Shown here in pieces: positions 23,616-38,157 of a stretch of DNA of 64,000 nt (its first letter is position 1; the number at the start of each line of letters is the position of its first letter). Under the pieces are notes generated by a model, which was not told the DNA's origin, made no database searches, and was given only the letters and a program-made list of their open reading frames with translations. A program made the position numbers and the translations under genes. Source of the stretch: Octopus sinensis (taxonomy: Eukaryota); the NCBI RefSeq assembly GCF_006345805.1, contig NC_043019.1, positions 15,251,360-15,315,359 on the forward strand, in the 5' to 3' direction.

Positions 23616-24863
23616 TGTATTTCTAGTGTTAAAATAACAGTAAGAAAAAATAAAGAGGTAATAATGGAAAAAAAATTAATTGTTCTGTACATGGAGAATT
23701 TGCATCTTGGAATCTTAGTTGTCCTCATGGGACTCCCCAGCTATGTGATTTTGGCTTCCATGCTCCTACATGGCACTTGGACAAGTGTCTTCTACTATAG
23801 CCCTGAGCAAACAGAAGCTTTGTGAGTGGATTTGGTAGATGGAAACTGAAACAAGTCTATAACAGATCTCCGTGAGTGTGTATGTGTGCGTGTTGTCTCT
23901 GGATGTCTCATCCTTTTGACATTGCACAATGGTTACAAATAATGTGACCATCACGAAAGAGGATTCATTCATTTCCAATATTCCGTAGAGACATGTCCGT
24001 AGCGAAGCATTACTTAGCTTGAAAACAAGGATTAGCAACAACAAGCGTGTAAATATGCACAAACAGCTTTCGTATCCTGTTGTAACACTATATCTTCTCT
24101 ACTGCGAGAAACCTGTTCAGTTCTGCCCCCACCACCTTCTTTCATCTCCAGACAAAAAAACCTCTTTCCTTTACTGAAAGGCAGGGCCAGATTAAGGCCT
24201 ATAGAGACCACAGGCACTAAAATATTGCTTACCAACCACATGTTCCGGGTTCAGTCCCACTGTGTTGCACCTTGGGCAAGTGTCTTCTACTATAGCCTCG
24301 GGCCAACCAAAGCCTTGTGAGTGGATTTGGTAGACGGAAGCTGAAAGAAGCCTGTCGTATATATGTATATACATATGTATATGTGTGTGTATATGTTTGT
24401 CTGTCTGACCGTTTCCCCCTCAACCATCACTTGACAACTGATGCTGGCGTGTTTACGTCTCCATAACTTAGCAGTTCGACAAAAAAGACCAATAGAATAA
24501 GTACTAGGCTTACAAAGAATAAGTCCTGGGGTCGATTTACTCGACTAAAGGTGGTGCTCCAGCATGGCCGCAGTCAAATGACTGAAACAAGTAAAAGAGT
24601 AAAAGATGACAAAATAGCTTTTTATTTGTACTCATTATCCCAAGTACACTGGACAATGAAGCAAACAACAGCTATGCCTAAAAAAAAAAAAACCAGGAGT
24701 GCTGGAGACTTTTCTGAGAAATAAAAAAGGGCTGTGGGAGGGGAGAAAGTAACCCCCCCCCACCTTCCAACGCTTACCACTTAGTATCACAGGAGAGATT
24801 TGTAAAACATTACAAAGAATCATCATTGATGTTTCTAGAAATAACATCCATACACAATCACGT

Positions 24864-24894
<31 letters not shown>

Positions 24895-26919
24895 CAAGTG
24901 TACTAAAGACACGTATGTACATACATTACATGAATGGAAGTACGTTCACATTTACGTGGAAGCACAAATTAATTCATATATTCACAAACCACAAGTATTG
25001 TCTTGACTCGAACAAAGATCTCTTGTTGCTTTGTTAATGACTGGCCTCAACTGTGCAAAGAACTTGTAGACTGAAAACACAAAGACACATAAATATCAAC
25101 ACTACCATCATCTGGTGTCCACTATCCATGATGGCATGGGTCAGACAATTTGACAGCAAACCGGCAAGCTGCAGGGCTGTGTCAAGATAAAATGTCTTCT
25201 TTAGCATGGTTTCTACAGCCCTTCCTAACACCAAGTAAGTTGCGTGTCTGTGTGTGTTGGTGCTGATTGTTTTTTTGTTTGATTGTTGAGCGAAGTGGTC
25301 TTCGTCCTAGAAGTCCGAAACATGGTCCTTTGCTATTCGTAAGACCCACAGAAGAGAAAGCAGGTCAACCCCCGACACCGAGAGCATTGACGGATGGATG
25401 AATGCGCATCCAGGCTCAGCGGTTGCGTAGGAAATCGGGGACAAGAAACAGGAAGAAAGAGAGAAAGTTGGAGCGAAAGAGTACAACAGGGGTCGCCACT
25501 ACCCACTGCTGGAGCTTCGTGGAGCTTTAGGTATTTTCGCTCAATAAACACACACAACGCCCGGTCTGGGAATCGAAACCGTGATCCTCCGACAGCGCGT
25601 CCGCTGCCATAACCACTGAACCATTGCGCCTCCACTTGTTGGTGCTGACATTGTTGTGGGATGTGTGGTTAAAAAGCTCATTTTGTAACCACGTCGTTTT
25701 GGGTTCAATCCCACTTCGTGGCACCTTGGGCAAGTGTCTTCTACCTACGACTTGTGAATGAAATTGGTTGACGGAAACTGTATGGAAACCTGCCAAATAT
25801 ACGCGTGTGTGAGTGCATGTATGTACTTTTGTGTCAGTGTTTGTCCCTCACCAGCCATTGCTTGAAAACCATTGTTGGTTGGTTTATGTCTTGCTTAATT
25901 AATTGGTTTGGAAAAAACCACCAATAGAATACAGGGTTTCAAAAAACAAAAAAAGAGTGCTGGTGCCGATATGTTCGAAAAAACTTTTCGAGTCAGTGCT
26001 CCAGCATGGCCGCAGGCTAATGACTAATTATTGAAACAAAGTACAAGATTTACCCGATTCTTTCCGTTTACCAAACACACACACAGTTTTACAACTCGTA
26101 CAAACCGAAGATTAATTAAAAAAAAATAAAAAGACTGGATGTAAATGAAGCCATAACAATCAGCAAGTGTTTATAAACGGAGAAAGACACACACACACAC
26201 ACGCCCTACCTTCAGCCAAACATCATAAAAAACAAAAACCGACGGTGGCTGTGTCTCAAAACAGTTGCAAATTGGACAGTGGCTTTGTATGCGTTGGCTG
26301 ACAGACCCACTTAACCTTTCGTGTTTGATGTTCGGTGAGTGGAACCGACAAGAGAGTGGAGGGCGGCTTCTGACAAATACACACACACACATATATACAT
26401 GTGTGTGTGTGTGTGTGTTGTTGTTTTATTTTGCTGGTGTTGTGTTTAAATGCTAACTTGGCGATCGATCGATATAACAAATGCCAGACTTGGGAATATG
26501 TATTAGGGTCGATGAGAGCGACTCTAAAAACCCTTAAGGCGGTGACCTAGAATAGTTGTGTAGTCGCGAGTTCAATGACCGAAAGCAGTGTGTGTGTGTG
26601 TGCGCGTGCACACACACACACACACACACACATATTTATACACATATATATTTACACATACTTATATAACAGGATACACAGACATACATACAGCTATATC
26701 TAGATATTTACACACGCGTAACCTCAATAATCAGTGACATTTCTCAAGACACACACGTATATACACACACACATACATAGTTATATGTATAGATATACAC
26801 ACATAGTTATATATGCATACACACACGCAGTCAGATATATACACAGGTACATATTCATGCATTCCAATATATGTGAAGATAGACAGACAGGTAAAGAAAG
26901 AAAGAAAGAAAGAAAGAAG

Positions 26920-26987
<68 letters not shown>

Positions 26988-27369
26988 TAGACAGACACCA
27001 CCCATTTTTACTGATACACAAACTGTCATTGGAACAAATTATTTATTTTCAATAAACCAACTCAAACACACAATAGGTGCTTACGTGGGTCAGGTATATA
27101 CGTACGTACGTAGGTATGTTAGTATGTGAAACACGAATGCATTATATGTATGGAAGGTGATTGTTATATAACGTGAATGTATGAGGTTTCTTTTCAGCTT
27201 TTATTTGACTGCGGCAATACTGGAGCACAACACCGAATAATTTTAGTCGAACGAATCGGGCACCAATAAAGTACTATTCTATCGGACTCCCTTTTGCCGA
27301 ACCGCTAAGTTACAGGGACGTGAACACACAAACACCTGTTGTCAAGCGGTAGTGGGGGGAGGAAGACAA

Positions 27370-27400
<31 letters not shown>

Positions 27401-27448
27401 CTTACTTACTTAGAAATGGATGCGTGGCTTTCAATCAAATAATAATAA

Positions 27449-27529
<81 letters not shown>

Positions 27530-28009
27530 GAAAATGAATTATGAGAAATATAGAACGTAGACATACAGGGATATTAAAAACCATATATGTGTGTGTTTGT
27601 GTACGTGGCTGTGTGGTATGAGTCTTGCTTCCCAACCACATGGTTCCGGGTTCGGTCCCACTGAGTGGAACCTTGCGAAAGTGTCTTTTACTTTAGCCCT
27701 GGGCTAGCCAAAGCCTTGTGAGTGGATTTGGTAGATACAAAGTAAAAGAAGCCAATCGTGTTTGTCCCCCCACCACCACCACCGTTTCACAACCGGTGCT
27801 AGTTACATCCCCGTAACTTAGCAGTTCGGCAAAAGAAACTGAGAGAACAAGAACCAGGTTTTGAAAAAAAAAAATAATGTCGACATTTGTGGCTTATAAA
27901 CACCTTCACCTTCCACGCTGCAATTGTTTTCGTTTCAGCACACGATCTCAGATCAGGTCACTTGCTATGCAAGTACATCTTCGTAAATGTTGACATTATT
28001 ACCAGGAAA

Positions 28010-28950
28010 AAATAAAAAATAGTGCAACGGGTGTAAAAAAAAGAAAAAGGTGTAGAAATCGAATATGAAAACAAAAATGCGCGGAAAGCAACGGGGTGGG
28101 TGGAGGAGAGGACTTCGGAAAATTCACAAGAAAACCGGAATTATTGGAAAATGTTTTTCATCTTCTCGATGAATGAATTACGGTGACCTAATATGCCTCA
28201 ATCTAAAATCTGGGATTAATATATCCTGTGGTTTTCAGGGGGTATATAAGAGATTTTGTTTTAATATAATTTTACTTGTTTCACACACAAACACTAACGT
28301 GGTTTATATAAGGATTTTGTATCATTCTTTCCCTCTCCTGTTCAGACTTCGTTTACCACTAATCTTTATAACTTCAGCATTTACACTTCATACTCTTTTC
28401 GAACTTGTTTGAATTTTCAAGTTAATGTAAATCCACACTCTAGGAAACGTATTTCTGCAAAAGGTTATCTCAAAATACGACTAAAGAAAACTGGTTAATG
28501 CAGTTTCGCATCTCACCTTCAAAAACGCATCTACTGGGGGGGTCCCTACTTTTTCCGAGCAAAAATAAGGGGTTTGCAGCACATTAGGCATACATAATGC
28601 ATGTCGTTTGAAAGGTATTTATATAATTTCATTAAAAGATATCCATTTTCCTTAAAGTTACGAGAGAAAAAATCGGATCTTGTGAATTTCCGAAATCCTC
28701 TCCCCAACCCTTCGGAAAAAAGATTTTACCCACAAATTTCGTTATAATCGAAATATAAACCGTTCGAAAGGTATTTATATAAAATTTAATTTAAAAAAAA
28801 AAACATTTTCCTAAAAGTTATGAGGGAAAAAACTCGGATCATGTGAATTTTCCGAAGTCCTCCCCCCTCCCTCGTTGCTTTCCGCGCATTTTTGTTCTCA
28901 CATTAATTTCCTTTACCTTTTCTTTTACACACGTTGCACTTTTTTTTCCG
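28010..28950. mobile_element. MITE/foldback-like element with ~130-bp terminal inverted repeats
   Basis: aacaaaaatgcgcggaaagcaacg...ggacttcggaaaattcaca at ~28069-28128 is mirrored at ~28842-28898. A subterminal copy lies at ~28645-28705. Confidence 0.75.
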
Positions 28951-29399
28951 ATTTCGTTTCCGGTTAATAATATCTACATTAACCAAAAAGAAGTTCCGGG
29001 GTCGATTTCGTTCGAGTAAAATTCTACAAGGTGGTACTCCAGCATGGCCGCAGTCTAAGGACAGAAACGATAAACACACACACACACATATATATATATA
29101 TAATTATACGAGTATGCTGCACATAGTCGTACACATGTATCTACAGTGTGTGTGTGTGTGTTAGAGGAATTGGAAATGAACTGTAAATAGATAACTTGGT
29201 ATAATACATAGAAAGAAGGAAATAGTTGAGACAAGGTAAGAGAGAGAGAGAGAGAGAGATGTATTACTTAGATACATGGATGGACACAGAGAGATTGGCA
29301 GATAGAGAGATAAGATAGACATGAGATAGGGTGAAACCTGAGAGACAGGTAAAATAGAGTTCACAGCTGCAACGGACAGATAGACTAACAGATATATTT

Positions 29400-29486
29400 A
29401 GACTGACAGACAGACAGAGAGACAGACAGATAGACAGACTGATGGATAGACAGATAGATAGATAGGTAGATGGGTAGGTAAGTAGG

Positions 29487-29543
<57 letters not shown>

Positions 29544-29554
29544 ATAGATAGATG

Positions 29555-29645
<91 letters not shown>
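29400..29645. repeat. (AGAT)n/(AGAC)n microsatellite
   Basis: Direct reading; similar tracts at 26920-26995, 30255-30400 and 58160-58790. Confidence 0.95.
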
Positions 29646-29646
<1 letters not shown>

Positions 29647-30251
29647 GTCATAATAAGGTGATCTATGACAGGCAAGAAAGGTACACATGACCAGACATGG
29701 TTGGCAGAAATTGCCAAAGCGACCTGAAAGGGATGAAAGGATAAGACGCCGGGTGAGATGTGGAGATGGCTAAATAAGATGGACACGGTTATACTAAGGA
29801 GCTGAGAACATCAATGGCAGAGAATAAGAAGACTTAGAGGTGACAAGAGACAGGTGAATAGTGAGAGGAAGAGAGAGAGAGTCGAGGAGACTTGGGTGAG
29901 CGAAGCATCATAGAGGGAGGATTTAGAGGTAGGCAGAAACAGGTTCGGGTAGAGGGGGAAATCTGGAGTTGACCAGAGGGAGATTTAGGTGTAAACACAC
30001 ATGCATTACATACATACATACATATATACATAAATGTGAATAGAAAGAGAGGGTATAGATTGATTGATAGAGAGACTTAGATATGAATAGAGAAAGATAT
30101 ATATATATATATATACAGAGAGAGAGAGAGAGACTTAAATGGGAACAGAGTAAAATAGAGAGAGAATTAGTTGTGAACAGGGATAGAGTGTGAGAGAGAA
30201 ATAGAAAGAATGATATTTAGCTAAGAACATAGAGAGAAAGAGACTAAATTG

Positions 30252-30335
<84 letters not shown>

Positions 30336-31122
30336 GTGAGATAGATATAGATAGATAGATAGATAGATAGATATAGATAGATAGATAGATAGATAGATAA
30401 CGATGATGACAGATAAAAAGGGAGAGAGAGAAGACAAGAGATAGAAATGAATATGTTAAAATGTACTGACCTGATATATATATGTATATATATATAAAAT
30501 ATCCCTTTAGCAGGAGACACGAGGTTATTATTGGTGAACGACCACTTGTGTAAATATCGAGAAAAAGTCTGTTAGAAGACAAAATTTAACTACTATTTTA
30601 GATATAGTCCTGTTTCCTCGGTAAAGATGTGGATATATAAAGGTGTGTGTGTATGTGTGTGTTTATGTGTATAATCCTCTCTCACACGCGAGTTTATAAA
30701 CAATCTCCGGCAGATATATATTAAGTACTGTGTTCTTGTTAATGTGTGTACTTCTATATATACGTGTGCGTGGGTGTCTTCTATATGTAATATGTGGTAT
30801 GTGCGTGAGTGTATAAATATATATCCGTCTATGTGCGTTTATGTGAGTATATATATGTGTGTGTGTGAGTGTGTGCGTGTGTGTGTGTGTGTGAGCCAAG
30901 AATTAGTTTATTGAGACTTCTCCCAATATATATATCTGTGTATATGTATGTATTTATGTATGTGTGTGTGTGTGTCAAATTTATGTGTGTGTGTATATAT
31001 GTGTGTGAGAGTCAAGAATTAGACTTCTCCCAATATATATATCTGTTTGTGTATATGTATGTATTTATGTATGTGTGTGTAATGTGTATATATTGTGTGT
31101 GTGTGTTATGTATATTCCTTTG

Positions 31123-31326
31123 ATGGGCACCGTCTGTTGTCAGTATGAAAGACGGAATCGAAGATGTGTTGCTTTGGCCCTCCCCCCAACTGAAGACAGA
31201 GCACTGTTGAGGGTTACCGTACACGGGGGGTGGGTCTATGTGGGACAATGGGTCAGTAGGACAGAGGAACAGGAGGACATCGAAATCGATACGAGGGGAC
31301 GAACGTTTCACGTGGATTTTCGGTGA
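31123..31326 (+). CDS. Unique 67-aa ORF or candidate first exon starting MGTVCCQYERRNRR
   Basis: A GC-richer unique island between microsatellites. Possible donors at TGG|gtcagt (~31251) and TCG|gtgact (31323). An in-register antisense frame is also open. Confidence 0.25.
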   Translation: MGTVCCQYERRNRRCVALALPPTEDRALLRVTVHGGWVYVGQWVSRTEEQEDIEIDTRGRTFHVDFR

Positions 31327-31459
31327 CTTGGTACTGTGACAAGTAGATTAGGGAAATGTGAAGGAGGGAGCTGGAGAGGGGAAAGAAAAACGGAAGGGAG
31401 TAGAGAGAGAGTGGAGGTAAGAGGAGGAAAACTACTGATAGCTGTGAATAAGGGATGAG

Positions 31460-31500
<41 letters not shown>

Positions 31501-32388
31501 TTGAATAAGTGGGTGAGTGAGATAGAGTGAAATAGACTAAGTAGAGACAGAGGGGTGAAAGGAGTAATAGGTGGAGATGAATAGAGTGACTGTGTATTTA
31601 AGAGAGAGGGGAAAATGTATGAATCAGAGAGAGAGAGAGAGAGGAAGGAATGAAAGAAGACAGAGACCTACTATGTGAATCAAAGAGAAAGAGAGAGGTA
31701 GGGATGAAAGGAGGAGTGAGAGAGAAAGAAGACGAAAGTGATGGAAAGGGATGATAGAGGGAGAAAAGAGTGAAAGGCGGAGTAAAATAGAGATTATGAA
31801 TGAAGGAGAAGAGATAGATAGATTAAGCACAGAGAGGAAGAGTGAACGTGAGTGTATATTATATGTGTATGGATATCCATATAAGATCTCTTCAATTGAA
31901 GATATCCTAAATGGATATATACATATATATATATATATTCAATATATTGTGTTCAGTTGAAGGGATCCTATACATATACCGAAAGGAAGCTAAAAGGGAA
32001 ACCGAACGAAGGATGAAGTAACAAAAGGAAAAGAAAGGGAACTCTACTACACTCTCCTTTTCTCTATCACCCTGTCCGTCTCTCTCTCTCCCTTCCTCTA
32101 TCTATTTCTCTATCACTCTGTCCGTCTCTATCTCTTTCTTCCTCTCTCTCCCTTCCTCTCTCTCTCTATTTTTCTCTCTACCTCTTTATCGCTATTTCTC
32201 TCTATCCCTATCTTTCTCCTTTCCTTTCTCTATCTCTATCTCTCTCCGTCTCTCTCTCCTCGCCCTTCCTTTCTCTCTCCGTCTCTCTCTCCTCGCCCTT
32301 CCTTTCTCTCTCTATCTCTCTATCTCTCTCGCTCGCCCTTCCTTTCTCTCTCTCTTCTCTCTCTATCTCTCTCGCTCGCCCTTCCTTT

Positions 32389-32425
<37 letters not shown>

Positions 32426-33344
32426 AGTCTATCTATCACTGCTCCTCACTATATTCTTCTCCCACTCCTGCTTTCTTCTTCATCTTCTAATGACACACAC
32501 ATGGTTAAGGTGGTGTTACAAGACACGCTGTTTGTTTAAACGAGCCTCTTAGCATCCCTAATTAATCTCATTAGTGTTGATGTTGCTGCTACTGTTGCCG
32601 ACGTAGGACAATTGTTATGTCAGTCGAGATGTAGGGTCGAACCAACAAACATTTAGACCAAGGAAACATCCCAACCAAGTGCCCCCTTTTATTAATCTAA
32701 TTGTTCCAGATAAAAGCCGATTTAGTCATTTCTATGGGAGTAAAAACGTAAAGCCATTTGGGTGGGCTTTTTTTTTAGAAATTAGTTATTTATTATTTAT
32801 AATTTGTTATTTATTATTTATATTTCCTAAGTCTATGGCGTGGTCGTTTTAAAATGAAATATTTTGTCCGTGTGTATGTATATTTGAAATACTAATACGC
32901 GAAATTTTCAAAATATTTTCGATACTTATATAATACATTCGACGATAAGGATAGATAGATACATACATACATAGATTTTACATATATATATATATACACA
33001 TGCTTACATATAGTCTCTATATACTCATGCATGTTTATATACACACACACATACAATATATATATACATGGTATATACGTACATTTGTATAGACATACAC
33101 ACACACACACACATATATGTATATTTATGACTACATTGAAATTAAATATCTACATCAAAGATATGTTCAGTATATTATTTACATTATCTAACGTACATTT
33201 TTATAATTATAAATATATTCATTGATAATTGATACATACATACATGCATACATACATACACACTTACATACTCACATACATACATACATACACACACACA
33301 TACATACATACATACATACATACATACATACATACATACATACA

Positions 33345-33380
<36 letters not shown>

Positions 33381-34033
33381 TATATATACGCATATATGTG
33401 TATGGTTACATACAAATTTATGTGCAAACACATCAATACACAAATACGCACATACATGGATATATACATGAATGCACGTATGCATTGCTGTCTACAAGGT
33501 TCCATTATATAAACTATTTAAATTACAGATGGACGAAAATAAATATCTATGAATGCGCCGGTGTGTGTGTGTTCATTTAATCAGCAGAAAAACAAATAAT
33601 TGTGCAATGTTTAATACATGATTTACTTAGCAAAGGAGAGGTGCGGTCGCTGTTTAGGCTATGGATGAGATATATATGTGTGTATGTATATGTGTATGTG
33701 TGTATATGTATGACTGTTTCTCTCTAGATAGATAGATAGATAAATAGATAGATAGACAGACAGACAGATAGATATGTGTGTGTATGTATATATATGCATA
33801 TATACATAGATGCATATTTATCACAAATTATGTATACATATATGAATAGATGGCGGTGCTCCAGCATGGGCGCAGTCAAATGCCTGGAACAAATAAGAGA
33901 GTAAAAGAGAAATATATACGTCTAATGAATACACACAATTTGGTGATATATATATTATATATATATATATATATTATAATATATATATATATATATAATA
34001 TATATATATATTATAATATATATAATATATATA

Positions 34034-34091
<58 letters not shown>

Positions 34092-34949
34092 ATATATATA
34101 TAGATAATGTAAATTCACACACATACACAATATATATGATGTGTGTGTGTGTGTGTGGCAGTAATAGAAAGCAAGTACTGTAATGATAAAGGAGCATTTC
34201 TTTTATACTGCGATTCCTTTTCCCTATCTCTTTCTCCCTCTCCATCTCTCTCTCTCTCTCTTTCTTTCTAAGTATATATACTTACTTCTCAACCTCTTCA
34301 TCTCTTCACCATCTCCGCCACGCTAAATGTTTTGGGAATAACTGACCTCAAATGTTACCGCTTTTTTTTTTTTTTTTTCCCCGCACTTTTTCACATCTCT
34401 GTAATAAATAGTCAGACAACGTCTTCATCAGTGATGCTGACTGGGAGTCGAGGGGACGTGGATGTGGAGATGAGGTGCAAATAAATTGTATAAAGTAAAT
34501 TATATAAAACAAAATGTAGATAAAATAAAGGCGCTGGCAATGCCTGTGTGGTAAGAAGTTTGTTTCTCAACTGCATGGTTCCGGGTTCAAGTCCCACTAC
34601 GTGATACCTTAGGCAAGTGTCTTCTGCTATAGCCTCGGGCTGATCCAAAGTCTTGTGAGTGGATCTGGTAGACGGAAACTGAAAGAAGCACGTCGTAACT
34701 CTGTGTGTGTGTGTGTATGTGTGTGTCTCCATAACTTGGCGATTCGGCCAAAGAGACCGCTAAAATTAGTACCAGACTTTAAAAAAAAAAAGAAAGATGT
34801 TGATTGACCTAAGGCTATGGTGGAAAACACTTGCCCAAGGTGCCTTGCTGTGGAACTGAACCTGGAACCACACGGTTCAGAAGCAAACTTCGTTACCATT
34901 GTCACTTGAGTGTGTGGTGTTGTTGTTCTGGTCTAGTGACTGATTGAGT

Positions 34950-35330
34950 TGATGAATGGAAGTATGTTTCTTGGGCTGCGTCAAAGAAGTGAACACCACC
35001 CATGAACATTTAACAGAGGATTTTCTTATCAGGCATAAAGTCAAACTACAGATAACCACAGCATTAATTAAATACTGGAAGAGAGATGCGGCTTGAAGTC
35101 TGTGGCAGGCTTTTGGTATGACAAACTGCAGCTTGTCCAACATAACTGGAAACAATTGTACTATATTCATGGCGACAGAGGTTCCCATCATTTATCTGCG
35201 CTATCTGTCTTAGCCACCTTCCAGGGTCATCTGGGTGTATAAATGCACGCTGTCTAATATGGCAAGACTGGAGACAAATTGCTCAGCTGCCTCAACAGGC
35301 TGCAGTTAATTACTGCCAAAAGTGGACGTT
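34950..35330 (+). pseudogene. Highly eroded retroelement coding fragment, possibly integrase-like
   Basis: Broken frames such as EDFLIRHKVKLQITT and NWKQL..MA..RGSHH only loosely resemble the Gypsy integrase core. Confidence 0.25.
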
Positions 35331-36367
35331 TTATTAGGCACAAGAAGATTCCAGAAGATTGAATCATGCGATGGCTTGAAGCTGATTGTTTGTTAAACCT
35401 TTAGTATATTGTAAGAGCAGCACGTCACCACATGAGTTTTCTCCCCTCTCAATGTGACACAATGTGTCTGCAGCAACAGGGGAGAGAACTTGTATGGCAA
35501 CATGATGCACATAAGCATGCTAAAGGTTAATATGTGATTGTAAACTGATCACATGAAATTATTGCAGTTCAGTCATGATGTACGACCAGTTACCTTGCAG
35601 TTCGGTTTCAAATCCACTGTACTATTATAGCTATTTCTCACAACAGGTACAGCAAGAACCCCTAATTCTTGAGAAGGTGACAAGGGTCTATTAAACTAAC
35701 CCAGGTAGTTGGTCAGTATTTTATTTTATTAACCCTTAGAAGAATGGTAGTTATACTTATGTTCAGTGAGATTTGAGCCCAGAACATAACAACACTAATG
35801 ATAATAACCCTTTCTTCATTAGGTGCAAAGCCTGACATTTTGGGAGAGTGAGCTAATCAATTACATTGGCCCCCAGGGCTTAACAAGTACTTTTTTTATC
35901 GATTCTGAAAGGATTAAAGACAAAAGTCAACCATGGAAGAATTTGAACTCAGAACACCAATGATAATAAAGAGCAGTGCTGAATTAACCATTAAGCAATA
36001 ATAAGCCCATGCTTCTGGAATCCAGGGAAGGGAGCGCCACAGAACAGTAAATGGTTTACAGCACAAAAGAAATCACTTTAAACTTGATGAAAGAAACATT
36101 ATTGAGTTTGCCTTTCCAAATATAGACATTGCTTTTCATAAACTCTTTTACTCTTTTTTACTTGTTTCAGTCATTTGACTGTGGCTATGCTGGAGCACCG
36201 CCTTTAGTCGAGCAAATCGACCCCAGGACTTATTCTTTGTAAGCCTAGTACTTATTCTATAGGTCTCTTTTGCCGAACCGCTAAGTTATGGGGACGTAAA
36301 CACACCAGCATCGGTTGTCAAGCGATGTTGGGGCTACAAATACAGACACACAAACATATACACACAT

Positions 36368-36399
<32 letters not shown>

Positions 36400-37103
36400 T
36401 ATATATATATATATACACATATATACGACGGGCTTCTTTCAGTTTCCGTCAACCAAATCCACTCACAAGGCTTTGGTCAGCCCGAGGTTATAGTAGAAGA
36501 CACTTGTCCAAGGTGCCACACAGTGGGACTGAACCCGGAACCATGTGGTTCATAAGTAAGCTACTTACCACACAGCCACTCCTACACCTATATATCTTTA
36601 TATATTATATATAAATCTCTGTTGATTCATCCAGAAGCAATAGATTACAGAACTCAATACGTCAGTGTTGAGTGTTCTTATAACAGAAAGTCTCATAATA
36701 TTGTTCTAGTTATTTGAATTCCATGTTTCCAATCATTCAGCCGATAATATGAACCTGCTTTTCCTTTGAAATGATTTTGTTTCAGTGTATTTTTGAAATA
36801 TACAAAAGTTATGGGAGAAAAAAATCACTTGTCTTTATGTTTTTTTCTTAAAAAAAAATACATAAAAAAAACAGAACTTGTAAGCAATATGTGCAAAAGC
36901 AATTGCTTTGAGCTCATGTTTTTCGTTTTTCGTACTCGTTTTATTTCTGGCTCTCGTGGGAAGCAGAGGTCAGGTCAGCATGGCATTTATAAACCCAAAG
37001 ATCTCACTCAACTTAGAGTGGAGTGGGGCAGCTTTATGATAGGTGCTGAGAAGTTGAAATAATGAAAGAAAGCATATGAACAGGTTTCTTCCTATAAAAG
37101 TAG

Positions 37104-37171
<68 letters not shown>

Positions 37172-37268
37172 ATATATAATATATACATATACATATATAA
37201 AATAATATATATATATGTATGTATGTAGTATGTATGTATGTATGTATTTATGTATGTATGTGTATATA

Positions 37269-38157
37269 TTGGGTCATAAATTATGTGGTTTATTTCAATT
37301 GTATGAACTAAAACATCAGAGGGGGAAGGGATAAACTACCAGCATCAACTTGTTATAAAAGCAGGTACTAATTTTACCTTGCCCTTATTCTTAGTGCAAA
37401 TTTTGAAGAGTGCAGTTCGATTTCAACAGTTATTATTTCAAAGCTATAATGGAAGTGACAAAGGAGCATATTTGGCATATTTTGCTTTATGAGTTCAATA
37501 AAAGCAACAACACAACAGAAAGAGGAACTTTAATGCAGTATATGGGGATTGGACAATAAGCGTAAGCCAGTGTCAATGGTAGTTCTATAAATTCTGAGCT
37601 GGAAACTACAGCCTAGACGGCAAGCCTTTCCCTGGAAGATCTGTAGAGCTTGATGAGAATGTCCTCCAAACTCTGGTGGAACAAAATTCCATCATAACTG
37701 TTGAGGAGCAAGCAGAGAAGCTTGGATTTGGTCATTCAACCATTCATCAACACCTGCACTAGAAGAAAAACAACCATCTTTGGTTTCACATTGAAAGGTG
37801 TTCTCCCATCAAGATAATTCTTGGCCACATTTGGAATAAGGATGACATTCCAAAGGCTGGAACAGTTTGAATGGGAAACGATACCCCACTCACCATATTT
37901 ACCAGACATTGCTCCATCTGATTATCATTTATTCTGCAGTCTTCAAAATAATTTGGACAGAAAAATTACTGGAGAAGTATTTTTCGTTGCGGAAAAGTGA
38001 ATTTTAGAAGAGGGACCTTGCAAATCTAAGAGATAGATGAAGGAACATTGTAGAAAATGAATGTGAGTATATTTTGAGATTAAGAAAGAACTTTGTTTAT
38101 CTTAATTTTGAAAAATAAAAGAAGTATAAAAACCACATTATTTATGGGATGACCCAA
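37269..38157 (+). mobile_element. Degenerate, internally deleted mariner element
   Basis: TIR TTGGGTCA...ATAAATAATGTGGTT. Broken ORF MEVTKEHIWHILLYEFNK... and QDNSWPH...PHSPYLPDIAPSDYHLF (mariner PYSPDLAPSDY motif). Confidence 0.88.

Noticed and set aside
34405-34436. Minus-strand CTGATGA AGAC gtt GTCT GACT
   Set aside because: It lacks GAAA and a GUH triplet; it is probably a chance hairpin.
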